A DNA stretch of 62,049 nucleotides from an uncultured Opitutales bacterium (GTDB lineage: Bacteria > Verrucomicrobiota > Verrucomicrobiia > Opitutales > JABSRG01): positions 372-62,420 of the forward strand of contig CAYQKH010000002.1 of assembly GCA_964417945.1 (NCBI GenBank), written 5' to 3'. Below are positions 26,761 to 36,664 of this stretch, one piece after another (position 1 is the stretch's first letter; each line of letters starts with the position of its first letter). Under the pieces are notes generated by a model. The model did not search any database, was not told the origin of the DNA, and saw only the letters and a list, made by a program, of their open reading frames with translations. A program made the translations under genes and the position numbers.

Positions 26761-26777
26761 AAGCCTAATACGTGCCA
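26761..26777 (-). promoter_or_regulatory. Candidate sigma-54 (-24/-12) promoter for the PEP-CTERM gene
   Basis: The minus strand reads TGGCACG-TATT-AGGCT against consensus TGGCACG-N4-TTGCW, with correct GG-N10-GC spacing. The GC lies 12 nt before the ATG. Confidence 0.4.
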
Positions 26778-26956
26778 AAAATAAATAAAATTCTTTAAAT
26801 CACTAATTATCAGTGTTTTCCAAATTAATTAAAAATAATCTCGAGGGTGATACTCCATGTCTGCAAGCATACCCTGTAAAAATGCATTGCAAAGACATTC
26901 TAAATCGCAAAACAAAAACCTTTTATCTGTGAACAGATTGTTCGGCCACCCCAATC

Positions 26957-26977
26957 AAAAAAACGGTCACAAACCGG
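26957..26977 (-). terminator. Weak hairpin plus T7 tract just after the tRNA-Gly 3' end
   Basis: The minus strand reads CGGT-ttgtg-ACCG-TTTTTTT; the stem is only 4 bp. Confidence 0.3.
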
Positions 26978-26980
26978 GGA

Positions 26981-27056
26981 TGGAGCGGGCGATCGGGTTC
27001 GAACCGACGGCCTCGACCTTGGCAAGGTCGCGCTCTACCAACTGAGCTACGCCCGC
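26981..27056 (-). tRNA. tRNA-Gly (anticodon GCC), CCA encoded
   Basis: The minus strand reads GCGGGCG-TA-GCTC-AGTTGGTA-GAGC-G-CGACC-TTGCCAA-GGTCG-AGGCC-GTCGG-TTCGAAC-CCGAT-CGCCCGC-T-CCA. It folds as a full cloverleaf with a GCC anticodon in a 7-nt loop. Confidence 0.95.
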
Positions 27057-27062
27057 GGAAGT

Positions 27063-27095
27063 AATAAAATGTCGGAGAAAGAAGAGGGCTGTCAA
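27063..27095 (-). promoter_or_regulatory. Candidate promoter for tRNA-Gly
   Basis: A perfect TTGACA on the minus strand (27090-27095), then 17-19 nt, then an ACATTTTAT -10-like box that ends about 6 nt before the mature tRNA 5' end. Confidence 0.4.
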
Positions 27096-27125
27096 TTGCT
27101 TTTGAAGGAAAACCCGGGACACCGT

Positions 27126-27998
27126 CTATCTCTGCATCCGAAGGTCGAGAAGCGTCCGTTCCCGGAAATTCTTGGGCAGGGGAAGAATCCCGGAGGTGAC
27201 AAGTGCTTCGGCGAAAGCATCGGAGAGAAGGTATTCCATTAAAGGTCTCAGGACCGTTGTCCGGTCGACTCTGTAGTAGAGGTCAAGGGGCACTTTCAAG
27301 GGATAATCCCCGAAGTGGACACTGTCCGCATTGGGGCGGGTGGGAGTCTCAAGAATGTCGGAAGTCAAGGCGACCACCTTCAGTCCATCCAGACGTTTGT
27401 CGAGGAATCCTGTCAGTGCGATCGCGGTCGCTTCGCTGCGAATGACGTCGAGAGCCTGGTCGGGGGTGGCCGCTTCGCGGACATTCAATTTGTAACGTGG
27501 ATTTCCAAGGACTCGGAGCCGAAAAAACTCGGAAGAGAGGTCGACCTTGCTAGAGACCACATAGGGCAAGATAGGCCGGTTGACCCACTCCGATAACCCG
27601 AGGTCACCCCACAAGGCGAAATCGAACTCTTCCGTCTGGCCGAAAATGCCAGCGAGCCGGTTGAGCCGGATCGAATCGATGGGGTTGTCCTCATTAACGA
27701 CGACGGTCAGGATCTGATAGCCGAGAGGCAAACGCTCGTAACCTTTGAAGAAGGGGGCCTCCTCGGTATCCCGGAAAAGGAGCCCAATATCAATGGCGGC
27801 GCGGTCGAGGGAAAATCGTGCGGGCCGGGAACCACCCATTTCGAGGACGAATTCCAGCTCCTCACCGTAGAGAACGGACTCCTTGAAGGCGGCAACCCCG
27901 GACTCCAGGTAGTCAGTGCCACCCACCCGGATGGCTTCCCCGTCCAAAGCGGTCGAGATCAATCCGCAGCAAAGGAAATAAAGGAAAAGGTGACGCAT
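27126..27998 (-). CDS. PstS-family (PBP_like_2) periplasmic substrate-binding protein, no transporter partner nearby
   Basis: Signal peptide MRHLFLYFLCCGLISTA. IRVGGTDY... and VVVNEDNPIDSIRLNRLAGIFG resemble the phosphate-binding-protein fold motifs. The start is set at Met 27998. Confidence 0.6.
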   Translation of the reverse strand: MRHLFLYFLCCGLISTALDGEAIRVGGTDYLESGVAAFKESVLYGEELEFVLEMGGSRPARFSLDRAAIDIGLLFRDTEEAPFFKGYERLPLGYQILTVVVNEDNPIDSIRLNRLAGIFGQTEEFDFALWGDLGLSEWVNRPILPYVVSSKVDLSSEFFRLRVLGNPRYKLNVREAATPDQALDVIRSEATAIALTGFLDKRLDGLKVVALTSDILETPTRPNADSVHFGDYPLKVPLDLYYRVDRTTVLRPLMEYLLSDAFAEALVTSGILPLPKNFRERTLLDLRMQR

Positions 27999-28083
27999 GA
28001 GAGATCCGGGGAAGAGGTTTGCCATTCGCTATTTCACTATGATGAAATCGGATGTCTTGCCGGATAAAGCTTAAAACGCGGTG

Positions 28084-29457
28084 TCACGGCTTTGACACAT
28101 CAAGCTCCGGCCATTGAACCAGTTTGCGGTGAAGAGTTCGCCGACTGATCCCCATGAGCTCGGCCGCTTTCGTACGATTGCCCTGTGTCTGGAGAAGGGC
28201 GTTGCGCAACAGGCGCTTCTCGTTTTCCTCGCGGGAGAGCGCCCGGGATACTCGCTGCCCTTCCCCTTTGTCAGGTTCCTCCTCTTCCCCTCTGAGGAAG
28301 CGGGGATCCAGGTCGTATTCCGTCAGGGTTCCTCCCTGCCGTATCACGACTACGTTTTCACAGAAGTTGCGCAGCTCCCGGATATTTCCCGGCCATCGAT
28401 ACTGCATCAGGGCGTGTTTCGCTCCCTCCGTGAACTCTACCGGCTCCACCTCGTTCTCACGGCTGAAATCCTTCAAGTAGTGATCCAGCAGCAGCGGGAT
28501 GTCCTCAGGGCGGTCCCTCAAGGGCGGAAGCTGGATCGGCACCACGTTCAAACGGTAATAGAGGTCCTCCCGGAAGCGCCCCTTTTCCACCATTTCCTTC
28601 AAGTCGCGGTTCGTCGCGAAGATCAGCCGCACATCCACTTGCACAGGCTTGTTGCTCCCGAGACGTTCAAAATTCCGCTGCTCAAGGAAGCGGAGCAGCT
28701 TGATCTGGGTGGAAGCGTCGATCTCCCCGATTTCATCCAGGAAGAGGGTTCCTCCATCCGCGGATTCAAACCGTCCGAGCCGCCGTTCATTCGCACCTGT
28801 GAAGGCTCCTTTCTCATGGCCAAATAATTCACTTTCAAGGAGGCTTGGAGCCAAAACGGCACAGTGCACCGCCATGAAGGTCTTCCGACTGCGGGGACTG
28901 TTCTGGTGGATGGCCTGAGCAAAAAGCTCTTTCCCCGTTCCCGTTTCCCCGCGCAAGAGCACCGTCGCCTTCGTTTGGGCGACCCGCTTCACCGTCTCCA
29001 TCACGTTCTGGAGCGCCCGTGAATTTCCGATGATCCCCGAGAATTGATACTTCTGGTCCAGCCGCTCATGCAACGCCGTGTTCTCCGCCTCAAGGTGTCG
29101 GGATTCCAGCGCCCGCTTGATCAGAATTTCCAGCTTTTCGAGGTTCATCGGCTTCGTCAGGAAGTCATACGCCCCCCGCTTCATCGCCTGGACCGCCGTG
29201 TCCACATTCCCGTAAGCCGTCATCATGATGCAGATCGGGCGCTTTGGCAGGCGCAGCGCTTTGTCGATTACCAGCATGCCGCTTTTTCCCGCCATCCGCA
29301 GATCCGTCAGGACCACGTCGAAATCCTCCGCCTCCATCAGGTTGAAGGCCTCATCCGCACTCTGTGCAAGGTAGACATCGTAGGTCTCCTCAAGGGCCAT
29401 CTGCAGCCCTTCACGAGTGTGCTTCTCATCATCGACGATTAAAATACTCTCAGGCAT
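28084..29457 (-). CDS. Sigma-54-dependent response regulator (NtrC family: REC, AAA+, Fis-type HTH)
   Basis: ILIVDDE...DVVLTDLRMAG receiver, Walker A GETGTGKE, the GAFTGA loop, and C-terminal AAELMGISRRTLHRKL. Confidence 0.95.
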   Translation of the reverse strand: MPESILIVDDEKHTREGLQMALEETYDVYLAQSADEAFNLMEAEDFDVVLTDLRMAGKSGMLVIDKALRLPKRPICIMMTAYGNVDTAVQAMKRGAYDFLTKPMNLEKLEILIKRALESRHLEAENTALHERLDQKYQFSGIIGNSRALQNVMETVKRVAQTKATVLLRGETGTGKELFAQAIHQNSPRSRKTFMAVHCAVLAPSLLESELFGHEKGAFTGANERRLGRFESADGGTLFLDEIGEIDASTQIKLLRFLEQRNFERLGSNKPVQVDVRLIFATNRDLKEMVEKGRFREDLYYRLNVVPIQLPPLRDRPEDIPLLLDHYLKDFSRENEVEPVEFTEGAKHALMQYRWPGNIRELRNFCENVVVIRQGGTLTEYDLDPRFLRGEEEEPDKGEGQRVSRALSREENEKRLLRNALLQTQGNRTKAAELMGISRRTLHRKLVQWPELDVSKP

Positions 29458-29476
29458 CCCCTAAACTGTAACTGCG

Positions 29477-30718
29477 TCATTTCGTCCCGCAAGGAGGATC
29501 GCTACAATTCTCAAAGGCTTCATGGTTGCTTGAGGACTCGATCATCCGAGCTCGCTGATCCTGGCGTGGGAAACGCAGGGTGATCCGGGTGCCCTTTCCC
29601 GGGCGGCTTTCAATCCCGATATCCCCGCCATGGTCCCGCATGATTCGTTGGACAATCATCATGCCGAGGCCATGCCCCTCCTTTTTGGTCGTGAAGTAGG
29701 GTTGAAAGACCTTTGGCATTACCTCCGGGGGAATTCCCGGACCGTTGTCGATGATGAAGAGCGAAACGGTCTGGGCATCACTCTGGCTGCGAATCTCGAT
29801 CCTTCCACCGGGGGAAAGTGCCTCCATCGCATTCTTGATCAGGTTGAACAGCACCTGGTGGATCTGGTTTCGGTCGGCTCGGATCCGCGGCAGGTTGGGC
29901 GTCACCTCTACATCCACTTCGATTTCCTTATCCTCCAACTCGCTGCCTTGCACCTTCAGGACTTCGGCGAGGCCCGCCTGCAGGTCAAAATCGTCCCCGA
30001 GGTCCGGGGTTTCAGGCCGGACGGCCTCGAGAAAATGTTCGATAATCCCGTCCAGGCGAGCCACCTCCCCGCAGCAGATCTCCAACTGGGCCTTCAGTTT
30101 CCCCGCCGAGGCGTCATCTTTCAACGTGTCCGTCTGACGCTGCATTAATTGAAGGTGAATCGTCAGCGAATTCAGGGGATTGCCAAGCTCGTGCGCTACC
30201 CCCGCAGCGAGATTCATGATCGAATTGATCTTCTCGTTCTCAATCAGTTCCTGGGTACTCGTCTTCTCCTCGGTGATATCGGTCAGGACGACTGCATATC
30301 CCCGGTCCTGGGCGGAGCCGATCCGCTCGTTCAGGGGCACCATGTAAAAACGAACGTAGCGGCGCTCCGGATAGGTCAATTCCATCTCCTGGCTCACGAC
30401 CCGGTCCGGGGCGTCGATCCCGTCCTCCGTGTAATGGAAATCCACCGTCCGCGCGAGGTCCGGGACAACTTTCCAGAGGACCGCGCTTCCCACCGAACCC
30501 CCTCTTAGCCCGATCAGGCGGAGGGCCACCGAGTTGGCATACTGAATGATCCCGTTCTCATCGATTACGAGGATGCCGTCTTGCATCGTATTGATCACCG
30601 TCTCGAGGAGTCGGCGCTCCCGAGCCAGCCGCTGCACCAAATTGGTCAGGTTGACGGAATCCAAATCGTCCAGCCGGCCGAGGATCTTATCCAGTGCACT
30701 GTTCCGATGCTTGGTCAT
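29477..30718 (-). CDS. Cytoplasmic PAS-domain sensor histidine kinase
   Basis: No TM segment. PAS ([18 protein letters not shown]), H box [10 protein letters not shown] box LIKNAMEA and G boxes DNGPGI/GHGLGM. Confidence 0.93.
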   Translation of the reverse strand: MTKHRNSALDKILGRLDDLDSVNLTNLVQRLARERRLLETVINTMQDGILVIDENGIIQYANSVALRLIGLRGGSVGSAVLWKVVPDLARTVDFHYTEDGIDAPDRVVSQEMELTYPERRYVRFYMVPLNERIGSAQDRGYAVVLTDITEEKTSTQELIENEKINSIMNLAAGVAHELGNPLNSLTIHLQLMQRQTDTLKDDASAGKLKAQLEICCGEVARLDGIIEHFLEAVRPETPDLGDDFDLQAGLAEVLKVQGSELEDKEIEVDVEVTPNLPRIRADRNQIHQVLFNLIKNAMEALSPGGRIEIRSQSDAQTVSLFIIDNGPGIPPEVMPKVFQPYFTTKKEGHGLGMMIVQRIMRDHGGDIGIESRPGKGTRITLRFPRQDQRARMIESSSNHEAFENCSDPPCGTK

Positions 30719-30821
30719 AGCGGGTTTCGAGGGTTTACGGTAGGGACAGAATCGGATCCCCGCCGATATCGAGGAGAATCACTCTTGCCAACCCGCTCAT
30801 CCTGTTCAATCCCTAAGCCCC

Positions 30822-31565
30822 ATGCAAGGTCGCGAACCCAAACGCCCGTCCACCCCTCCGCCCAATCGCGAAAACCCATGGCTCAACCTCGGGTTCAATA
30901 TTCTTATCCCCATCCTTCTCCTCACCAAGGGAGACGATTGGTTCGGGTTTTCCCCGGCTCTTAATCTCTGCGTGGCCCTTGCCTTCCCCCTCGGCTATGG
31001 AATTTTCGATTTCTTCACACGGCGAAAATTCAACTTCTTTTCCGTCCTCGGTATCATCAGCGTGGTTCTGACCGGCGGAATTGGCCTTCTCCGTCTCCCC
31101 AATGAATGGATCGCGATCAAAGAAGCCGCCATCCCGCTGGTCATCGGCTTTCTCGTCGTTCTCTCCCAGTATACCCCGATGCCGCTCGTGCGGACGCTCC
31201 TCCTCAACCCTGAATTGGTCGACCTGCCCCGGATCGAGGAAGCAGTTCGTCAGCGAAACAGTCGACCTGCTTTTCAGTCCCTCATTCAAAGCTGCACCTG
31301 GCTGGTCGGCGCTTCCTTCCTTGTCAGCGCCGTCCTCAATTACGTCCTCGCACGGATTGTTGTGACCAGCCCTTCCGGCACCCCGGAGTTTAATGATGAA
31401 CTCGGGCGGATGCAGGGCCTCAGCTACATCGTTATCTTTATCCCCAGCATGGCTATTATGATTGTCGCCCTTTTCCGGCTTTATAACGGAATCGCGCGCC
31501 TTACCGGCCTCTCTTGGGAGGATTTTATTCTCGGAGCGGAAAAGAATCCCAAAACCGGAAAGTAA
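30822..31565 (+). CDS. Polytopic inner-membrane protein (septation-protein-A/VC0807-like; family recalled, not verified)
   Basis: NPWLNLGFNILIPILLL...LAFPLGYGIFDFFTRRKFNFFSVLGIISVVLTGGIGLL; about 6 hydrophobic helices. Confidence 0.5.
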   Translation: MQGREPKRPSTPPPNRENPWLNLGFNILIPILLLTKGDDWFGFSPALNLCVALAFPLGYGIFDFFTRRKFNFFSVLGIISVVLTGGIGLLRLPNEWIAIKEAAIPLVIGFLVVLSQYTPMPLVRTLLLNPELVDLPRIEEAVRQRNSRPAFQSLIQSCTWLVGASFLVSAVLNYVLARIVVTSPSGTPEFNDELGRMQGLSYIVIFIPSMAIMIVALFRLYNGIARLTGLSWEDFILGAEKNPKTGK

Positions 31566-31571
31566 GTTGGC

Positions 31572-32870
31572 CTATCGCTCCTCGATAGGGACAAATTTTC
31601 GTGCTGCCGGACCGGTGTAAATCTGCCGCGGCCGATGAATTCTTCCGCTCGCCGAAGTGGCGATCTCCCGCCAGTTCGCCAACCATCCGGGCAGTCGACC
31701 GATTGCAAACATTACCGTGAAAAGCTCTGTCGGCACCCCGATCGCCTGCAGGAGAATTCCACTGTAGAAGTCCACGTTGGGATAGAGTTTTCGCGAGGTA
31801 AAATACTCATCCTCCAGCGCCGCCTCCTCCAACTTCTTCGCGATGTCGAGAAGCGGATTATTCTCTCCTTGCAGCTCCGCCAAGACCTCCGCACAGGCCT
31901 TGCCGAGGATCTTGGCCCGGGGATCGAAGTTCTTGTAGACCCGGTGCCCGAATCCCATCAGGCGCGCCTCCTTGTTTTTCGCCGCCTTGATGAACCGGGA
32001 TCCGTCATCCCCGTCCTTGTGGATTGCTTCCAGCATTCCGATCACCGCCATGTTCGCCCCTCCGTGGAGCGGCCCCCAGAGCGCGCACACCCCGGCCGAG
32101 ACCGAGGCGAAGAGATTGGCACCACCCGACGCCACCATCCGTACCGTGGAAGTCGAACAATTCTGCTCGTGGTCGGCGTGCAACATCAGGAAGAGATCCA
32201 GGGCACGCTTGACTGTTTCCGACGCCTCATACTTCCGATAGGGCTCCGAAAACATCATGTGCAGGAAGTTTCCGGTGTAATTCAGGTGCGGATCCGGATA
32301 AACAAAAGGCATACCCTTTCGCATCCGGTAGGTCATCGCCGCCAGGTTCCGGATCTTTGAGATCGCCAGCGCCGCCGCCTCGTCAAAGTTTACCACGTCT
32401 TGATCACGGTCATTGGTCGCCAGGTATGGGTAATAACAACCAAGGGAGTTCAACAGCGCCGACAAGATCGCCATCGGATGCGAATCGGATGGAAACCCGT
32501 CGAAATGCCTCTCCAGATCGACATGGATCTGGGCGTTGTTATGGATCAGGTTACGGAAATCCTCCAGATCTTTCCCGGAGGGCAAGTCCCCGTAGATGAT
32601 GAGGTAGGCCACCTCCAGAAAAGTTGAGTGATCCGCCAACTCCTCGACGGCGTATCCGCGGTGCCGTAGGATTCCTTTCTCCCCGTTGATGAAGGAAATG
32701 CCACTCAGGCAGGATCCCGTGTTTCCGTAGCCATCATCATACGTGATAATACCGGTGTCTTTTCGCAAATTCCGGATATCGAGGGCTGTTTCTCCCTCCG
32801 TGCCGGTAATGACGGGGAGATCAATTGCTTGATCGCCTAAGTTGAGTTTTGCGGAGTCTGCCATGTTCAT
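31572..32870 (-). CDS. gltA: Citrate synthase (type II, hexameric class)
   Basis: [22 protein letters not shown] and [14 protein letters not shown] motifs. Confidence 0.96.
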   Translation of the reverse strand: MNMADSAKLNLGDQAIDLPVITGTEGETALDIRNLRKDTGIITYDDGYGNTGSCLSGISFINGEKGILRHRGYAVEELADHSTFLEVAYLIIYGDLPSGKDLEDFRNLIHNNAQIHVDLERHFDGFPSDSHPMAILSALLNSLGCYYPYLATNDRDQDVVNFDEAAALAISKIRNLAAMTYRMRKGMPFVYPDPHLNYTGNFLHMMFSEPYRKYEASETVKRALDLFLMLHADHEQNCSTSTVRMVASGGANLFASVSAGVCALWGPLHGGANMAVIGMLEAIHKDGDDGSRFIKAAKNKEARLMGFGHRVYKNFDPRAKILGKACAEVLAELQGENNPLLDIAKKLEEAALEDEYFTSRKLYPNVDFYSGILLQAIGVPTELFTVMFAIGRLPGWLANWREIATSASGRIHRPRQIYTGPAARKFVPIEER

Positions 32871-32901
32871 TCAGGTTGGTGTGGAAAGCTGCAAAACACG
32901 A

Positions 32902-33564
32902 TCATAGTGCGCGATTGTGCTGCCGGGTCAACTCGAGGAAGTTTCGATACAACTGTAATCCACCTCGCTGGCTTTTTTCCGGGTGAAATTGGCTGGCAAA
33001 ACAATTGCCTTTTGAAATCCCCGCGCAAAACCAGCCCCCGTAATCCGCCTCGCACCAGAGGAGGTCCTTTTCGACCGGATCCACGTAATAGGAGTGGACG
33101 AAATAGAAGGCCTCCGTGTCCGCGCTCAATTCCTCAACCAGGCCAAAACCCGGCCGAAAGCGGACCGCGTTCCATCCCATGTGCGGGATCTTCAACTCCG
33201 GGGGTAGCTGGAAACGGCGGACCCTTCCCTCAAAGATCGAAAGCCCCTCCGTCTCTCCTTCTTCCGAAAATTCAAAAAGGGCCTGAAGCCCCAGGCAAAT
33301 CCCGTAAAAGGGGCGGTCCGCCGCCACCCACTCCCGGATGACCCCATCCAAGCCAGTCTCCCGGAGGCGCCGCATGCAATCCACGATCGCGCCCTGTCCG
33401 GGGAAAACAAGCGCCTCCGCGCCGTCCAACTCGTCGGAGGATTCGGCGAGGACCACCTCCGCGCCCACAAAGCGAAAGGCGTTCACAACGCTCCGCAAGT
33501 TACCCATCCCGTAATCGAGAACGGCAATCCTGGGAGGGGGGTCGATCGGGAAGAAAGGCTCCAT
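32902..33564 (-). CDS. hisH: Imidazole glycerol phosphate synthase, glutamine amidotransferase subunit
   Basis: [21 protein letters not shown] (catalytic Cys), FYFVHSY. Confidence 0.95.
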   Translation of the reverse strand: MEPFFPIDPPPRIAVLDYGMGNLRSVVNAFRFVGAEVVLAESSDELDGAEALVFPGQGAIVDCMRRLRETGLDGVIREWVAADRPFYGICLGLQALFEFSEEGETEGLSIFEGRVRRFQLPPELKIPHMGWNAVRFRPGFGLVEELSADTEAFYFVHSYYVDPVEKDLLWCEADYGGWFCAGISKGNCFASQFHPEKSQRGGLQLYRNFLELTRQHNRAL

Positions 33565-33569
33565 ACCGG

Positions 33570-34172
33570 TTATAGAGATCCTTTGGTGCTCATCAAAGAG
33601 TCTCCGAGGCGGGGGTCCAGGGCAGTCGCACGGTCCAAAGCCCGGCCGAAAGCCTTAATTACTCCCTCCGCCACGTGGTGGGGCTCCTCCCCATACTCCA
33701 CCAGGCAGTGAAGATTGCAGCCTGCCTCGTTCGCGAAAGCCTGAAAGAATTCCTTCATCAGGTGGATATTGAAGTCCCGCACCATCGGAGTATCGAGCGA
33801 GACGTCCAACTTGTAAACCAGGTAGGACCGGTTGCTGAGGTCGATCACCACCCGGGCAAGGGCTTCATCCATCGGCAACAGGAAAAAACCGTAGCGGGCC
33901 ATTCCCCGCTTCTCGCCAACCGCATCCGCCACTGCCCGCCCCAGCACCAGGCCGACATCCTCCACGGTGTGGTGGTAGTCCACGTCGATGTCGCCCTCCG
34001 CCTTGAGTTCCAGATCGAAGAAACCATGCCGGGCGAAGAGCGTCAGCATATGATCGAAGAAAGGGATCCCGGTGTCGATCGATGCCCGCCCCGATCCATC
34101 CAGATTGAGATTCACTGAAATGGTTGTTTCCTTCGTCTCACGGGAAACCGTTGCCGTGCGCTTTTTTTCCAT
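33570..34172 (-). CDS. hisB: Imidazoleglycerol-phosphate dehydratase
   Basis: [48 protein letters not shown]. The start is set at MEKKRTA (34172). Confidence 0.95.
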   Translation of the reverse strand: MEKKRTATVSRETKETTISVNLNLDGSGRASIDTGIPFFDHMLTLFARHGFFDLELKAEGDIDVDYHHTVEDVGLVLGRAVADAVGEKRGMARYGFFLLPMDEALARVVIDLSNRSYLVYKLDVSLDTPMVRDFNIHLMKEFFQAFANEAGCNLHCLVEYGEEPHHVAEGVIKAFGRALDRATALDPRLGDSLMSTKGSL

Positions 34173-34242
34173 ATCCGGTTCAGAAAAACGTATCAAACCG
34201 GCGAGGGCAACCTGAAGCTTCAGGAGAACGGCTCTCTCGGAA

Positions 34243-35349
34243 TCAGGCTTTTTCCGATTTGATCCAAGCCTCGACCGCCTCTTCCAGTGCTTCCATCTGG
34301 TCCTCGTCGCCCACCGAAATCCGCAGGCATTCACGGATCAGCGGGCTCTGCGGGAAATGTCGGACAAGGACCTTCCGGCTCTTCAAGAACGCGAAGCACG
34401 ATTCCGCCACTTCCACTCCGACCTCACCCTTGCCGCTGACGGGGCGGGTCGTAATGAAATTTGCCTGGCTGGGGAACGTATCCCAGCCAAGATCCCGAAA
34501 CCAGCCGAGGTAATAGTTGCGGATATTCTTAATCTTCCCGATGGTCGCGCGGTAGTAATCAGGGTCGGACAGGGCGGCCACCAACCCTGCCTGAGCGAGG
34601 GCATCTACATTGTAGGAATCCCGCACCTTGTCCAGCTCCCCGATCACTTCCGGATGACCAAGAAGGTAGCCGATCCGCAGCCCGGCAAGGCTGTGGCTTT
34701 TCGAAAAAGAACGGGTCACGACCAACCGGGGATGGTGCTCGAGAAGGGTTTGCGCACTTTCCTTGGCAAAAGCCCCGTAAGCTTCGTCCACAACCAGCAA
34801 CCCCTCATATATCTCCGCAAGGGCCCGGATCTCCGCGTTGGAGAAACCAATCCCAAGCGGCGCGTTCGGAGAGGTTAAAAAGAATACCCGGGTCCCGCTC
34901 TCCGCGATCGCGGTTGCAGGGAATTCAAGGTCGGGCGGGAGTGGCACGCGAACAAACGGCGTCCCCTGGATACCCGCGAGAATCGGATACAGCGAATAGC
35001 TCGGATCCAGCGCTCCCGCCGCCGCTTCCGGCCCCGTAAAGGCACGGAAAACCAGATTTAAGACATCGTCGGACCCGTTGCCGACGAGGACGTGCTCAGG
35101 GCCCAAGCCCGAATCCCGCGCGATCGCCTTACGGGCCGCCTGGGCTTTGGGGTTGGGGTAACGTTCAAGGCCCGGAATCGCCTCCTTTATCGCCTGTTCC
35201 ACTCGAGGGCTCGGAGGATAGGGGTTTTCATTGGTGTTGAGCTTGATCCAGTCACGCCCCCTTGGTTGCTCGCCGGGCACATACCCTTTAAGTTCTCGGA
35301 TGAACTCCCGCGCCAGCGAATCCGGCCCGGACTGCGGCTCAGCGGTCAT
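34243..35349 (-). CDS. hisC: Histidinol-phosphate aminotransferase
   Basis: [16 protein letters not shown] and [15 protein letters not shown] (PLP lysine). The start at Met 35349 overlaps the hisD 3' end by 11 nt. Confidence 0.94.
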   Translation of the reverse strand: MTAEPQSGPDSLAREFIRELKGYVPGEQPRGRDWIKLNTNENPYPPSPRVEQAIKEAIPGLERYPNPKAQAARKAIARDSGLGPEHVLVGNGSDDVLNLVFRAFTGPEAAAGALDPSYSLYPILAGIQGTPFVRVPLPPDLEFPATAIAESGTRVFFLTSPNAPLGIGFSNAEIRALAEIYEGLLVVDEAYGAFAKESAQTLLEHHPRLVVTRSFSKSHSLAGLRIGYLLGHPEVIGELDKVRDSYNVDALAQAGLVAALSDPDYYRATIGKIKNIRNYYLGWFRDLGWDTFPSQANFITTRPVSGKGEVGVEVAESCFAFLKSRKVLVRHFPQSPLIRECLRISVGDEDQMEALEEAVEAWIKSEKA

Positions 35350-36664
35350 TGAGCGCACCTTTCTCCAGCCGAATTTCAAGGGAACGCCCGTGCGCATCGA
35401 GGGCCTCTATCTCGCTGAAGGTGCGAACTGCAGGCGCAGCCGCTGCCAGGGACTTTGCGTCGTACTCGATCGTGCTGGTGCGCCTGAGAAAATCAACTGC
35501 ACGCAGCCCGCTGAAAAAACGGCTGGTCCGTCCGGTCGGCAGTGTGTGGGAAGGACCCGCCACGAAATCACCCAATACCGTCGGGGTGGAATAGCCTTGG
35601 AGGATCGCCCCCGCCGTCGTGATTCCCCGGACCAGCACCGGGATGGCCTTGCGGGCCACCTGAAGTTCGAGGTGCTCCGGCGCGACCGCGTTCGCGACCG
35701 CTATTGCCCCTTCGAGAGACTCCACTTCCACAACGAAGAAACGGCCTTTCAGCACCCGCTCGATCGCCTTCGCATGGCTTAGGCGCGGCAGCTGGAATCC
35801 GATTGCGCCTTGGACCGCAGCTGTCATTTCCTTCGAAAACGTCACGAGGAAAACTTTCTCCTTCCCGGTTCCATGCTCCGCCTGGGCGAGGAGGTCCGCG
35901 GCCACGTGCGCCGGATCCGCTCCATCATCCGCGATCACCATCACCTCGCTAGGTCCCGGCTGCAGGTCAATGCCAACCCGCCCAAAGACCTGCCGCTTCG
36001 CCTCGTTGACGTAGGCGTTCCCAGGGCCGAAAATCTTATCCACCGAGGGGATTGTCCGAGTGCCGTAGGCAGCCGCCCCGATCGCTTGTACTCCTCCCAA
36101 TGTATAGACCTCATCGACGCCGCAGAGATCAAGCGCACCCAGCAGGGACGGGTTGGGACGACCGCCGGGTTGCCCAGCCGAAGGCGGGGTGAATACCGCA
36201 ATTTGAGGGACCCTGGCCACCAGGGCCGGCACCACCGTCATCACCACACTGGAAACAAGGGGAACCTGCCCTCCTGGAATATAAATCCCCACGCGTTCGA
36301 TTGGATAATAGCGCTCACCAACCGTCGCCCCGTGTGCGTTCTTCCCCGTCCAGGACTTAGGCAAGGTCGGACGGTGGTAATCGCGGACCGAACGAATGGA
36401 TTCCCGGATCGCTTTCCGGACCCGAGTGGGTAGCGCCTTCCCTGCGGCATGGATCTCCTCCGAGTCCAGCCGAAGCTTTCCCGGGCTCAGTTTCACGCCG
36501 TCAAACTTTATCGTCAGGTCGATCAGCGCCCGATTGCCCCCCGTCCGAATCTTCTCGAGGAGCTCCGCCACCGTCCCCGAGAGATCGCTTACCGAGTTCG
36601 CTCGGTCGACCGCACGGAGGAATCGTTTGAATTCGCTTGGATCCTTGTAGGCGTAACGCTTCAT
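35339..36664 (-). CDS. hisD: Histidinol dehydrogenase
   Basis: IYIPGG, QAEHG, APEHLEL and GDFVAGPSHTLPT motifs. Confidence 0.96.
   Translation of the reverse strand: MKRYAYKDPSEFKRFLRAVDRANSVSDLSGTVAELLEKIRTGGNRALIDLTIKFDGVKLSPGKLRLDSEEIHAAGKALPTRVRKAIRESIRSVRDYHRPTLPKSWTGKNAHGATVGERYYPIERVGIYIPGGQVPLVSSVVMTVVPALVARVPQIAVFTPPSAGQPGGRPNPSLLGALDLCGVDEVYTLGGVQAIGAAAYGTRTIPSVDKIFGPGNAYVNEAKRQVFGRVGIDLQPGPSEVMVIADDGADPAHVAADLLAQAEHGTGKEKVFLVTFSKEMTAAVQGAIGFQLPRLSHAKAIERVLKGRFFVVEVESLEGAIAVANAVAPEHLELQVARKAIPVLVRGITTAGAILQGYSTPTVLGDFVAGPSHTLPTGRTSRFFSGLRAVDFLRRTSTIEYDAKSLAAAAPAVRTFSEIEALDAHGRSLEIRLEKGALNDR

Noticed and set aside
26857-27045. 62-aa plus-strand ORF
   Set aside because: It overlaps the tRNA-Gly gene and the AT-rich spacer. 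It has no support as a coding sequence.
28010-28024. Second sigma-54-like motif, TGGCAAACCTCTTCC, upstream of the binding-protein gene
   Set aside because: The -12 GC is replaced by CC. The motif also coincides with the alternative start ATGGCAAAC (MANL...), so it is most likely incidental.
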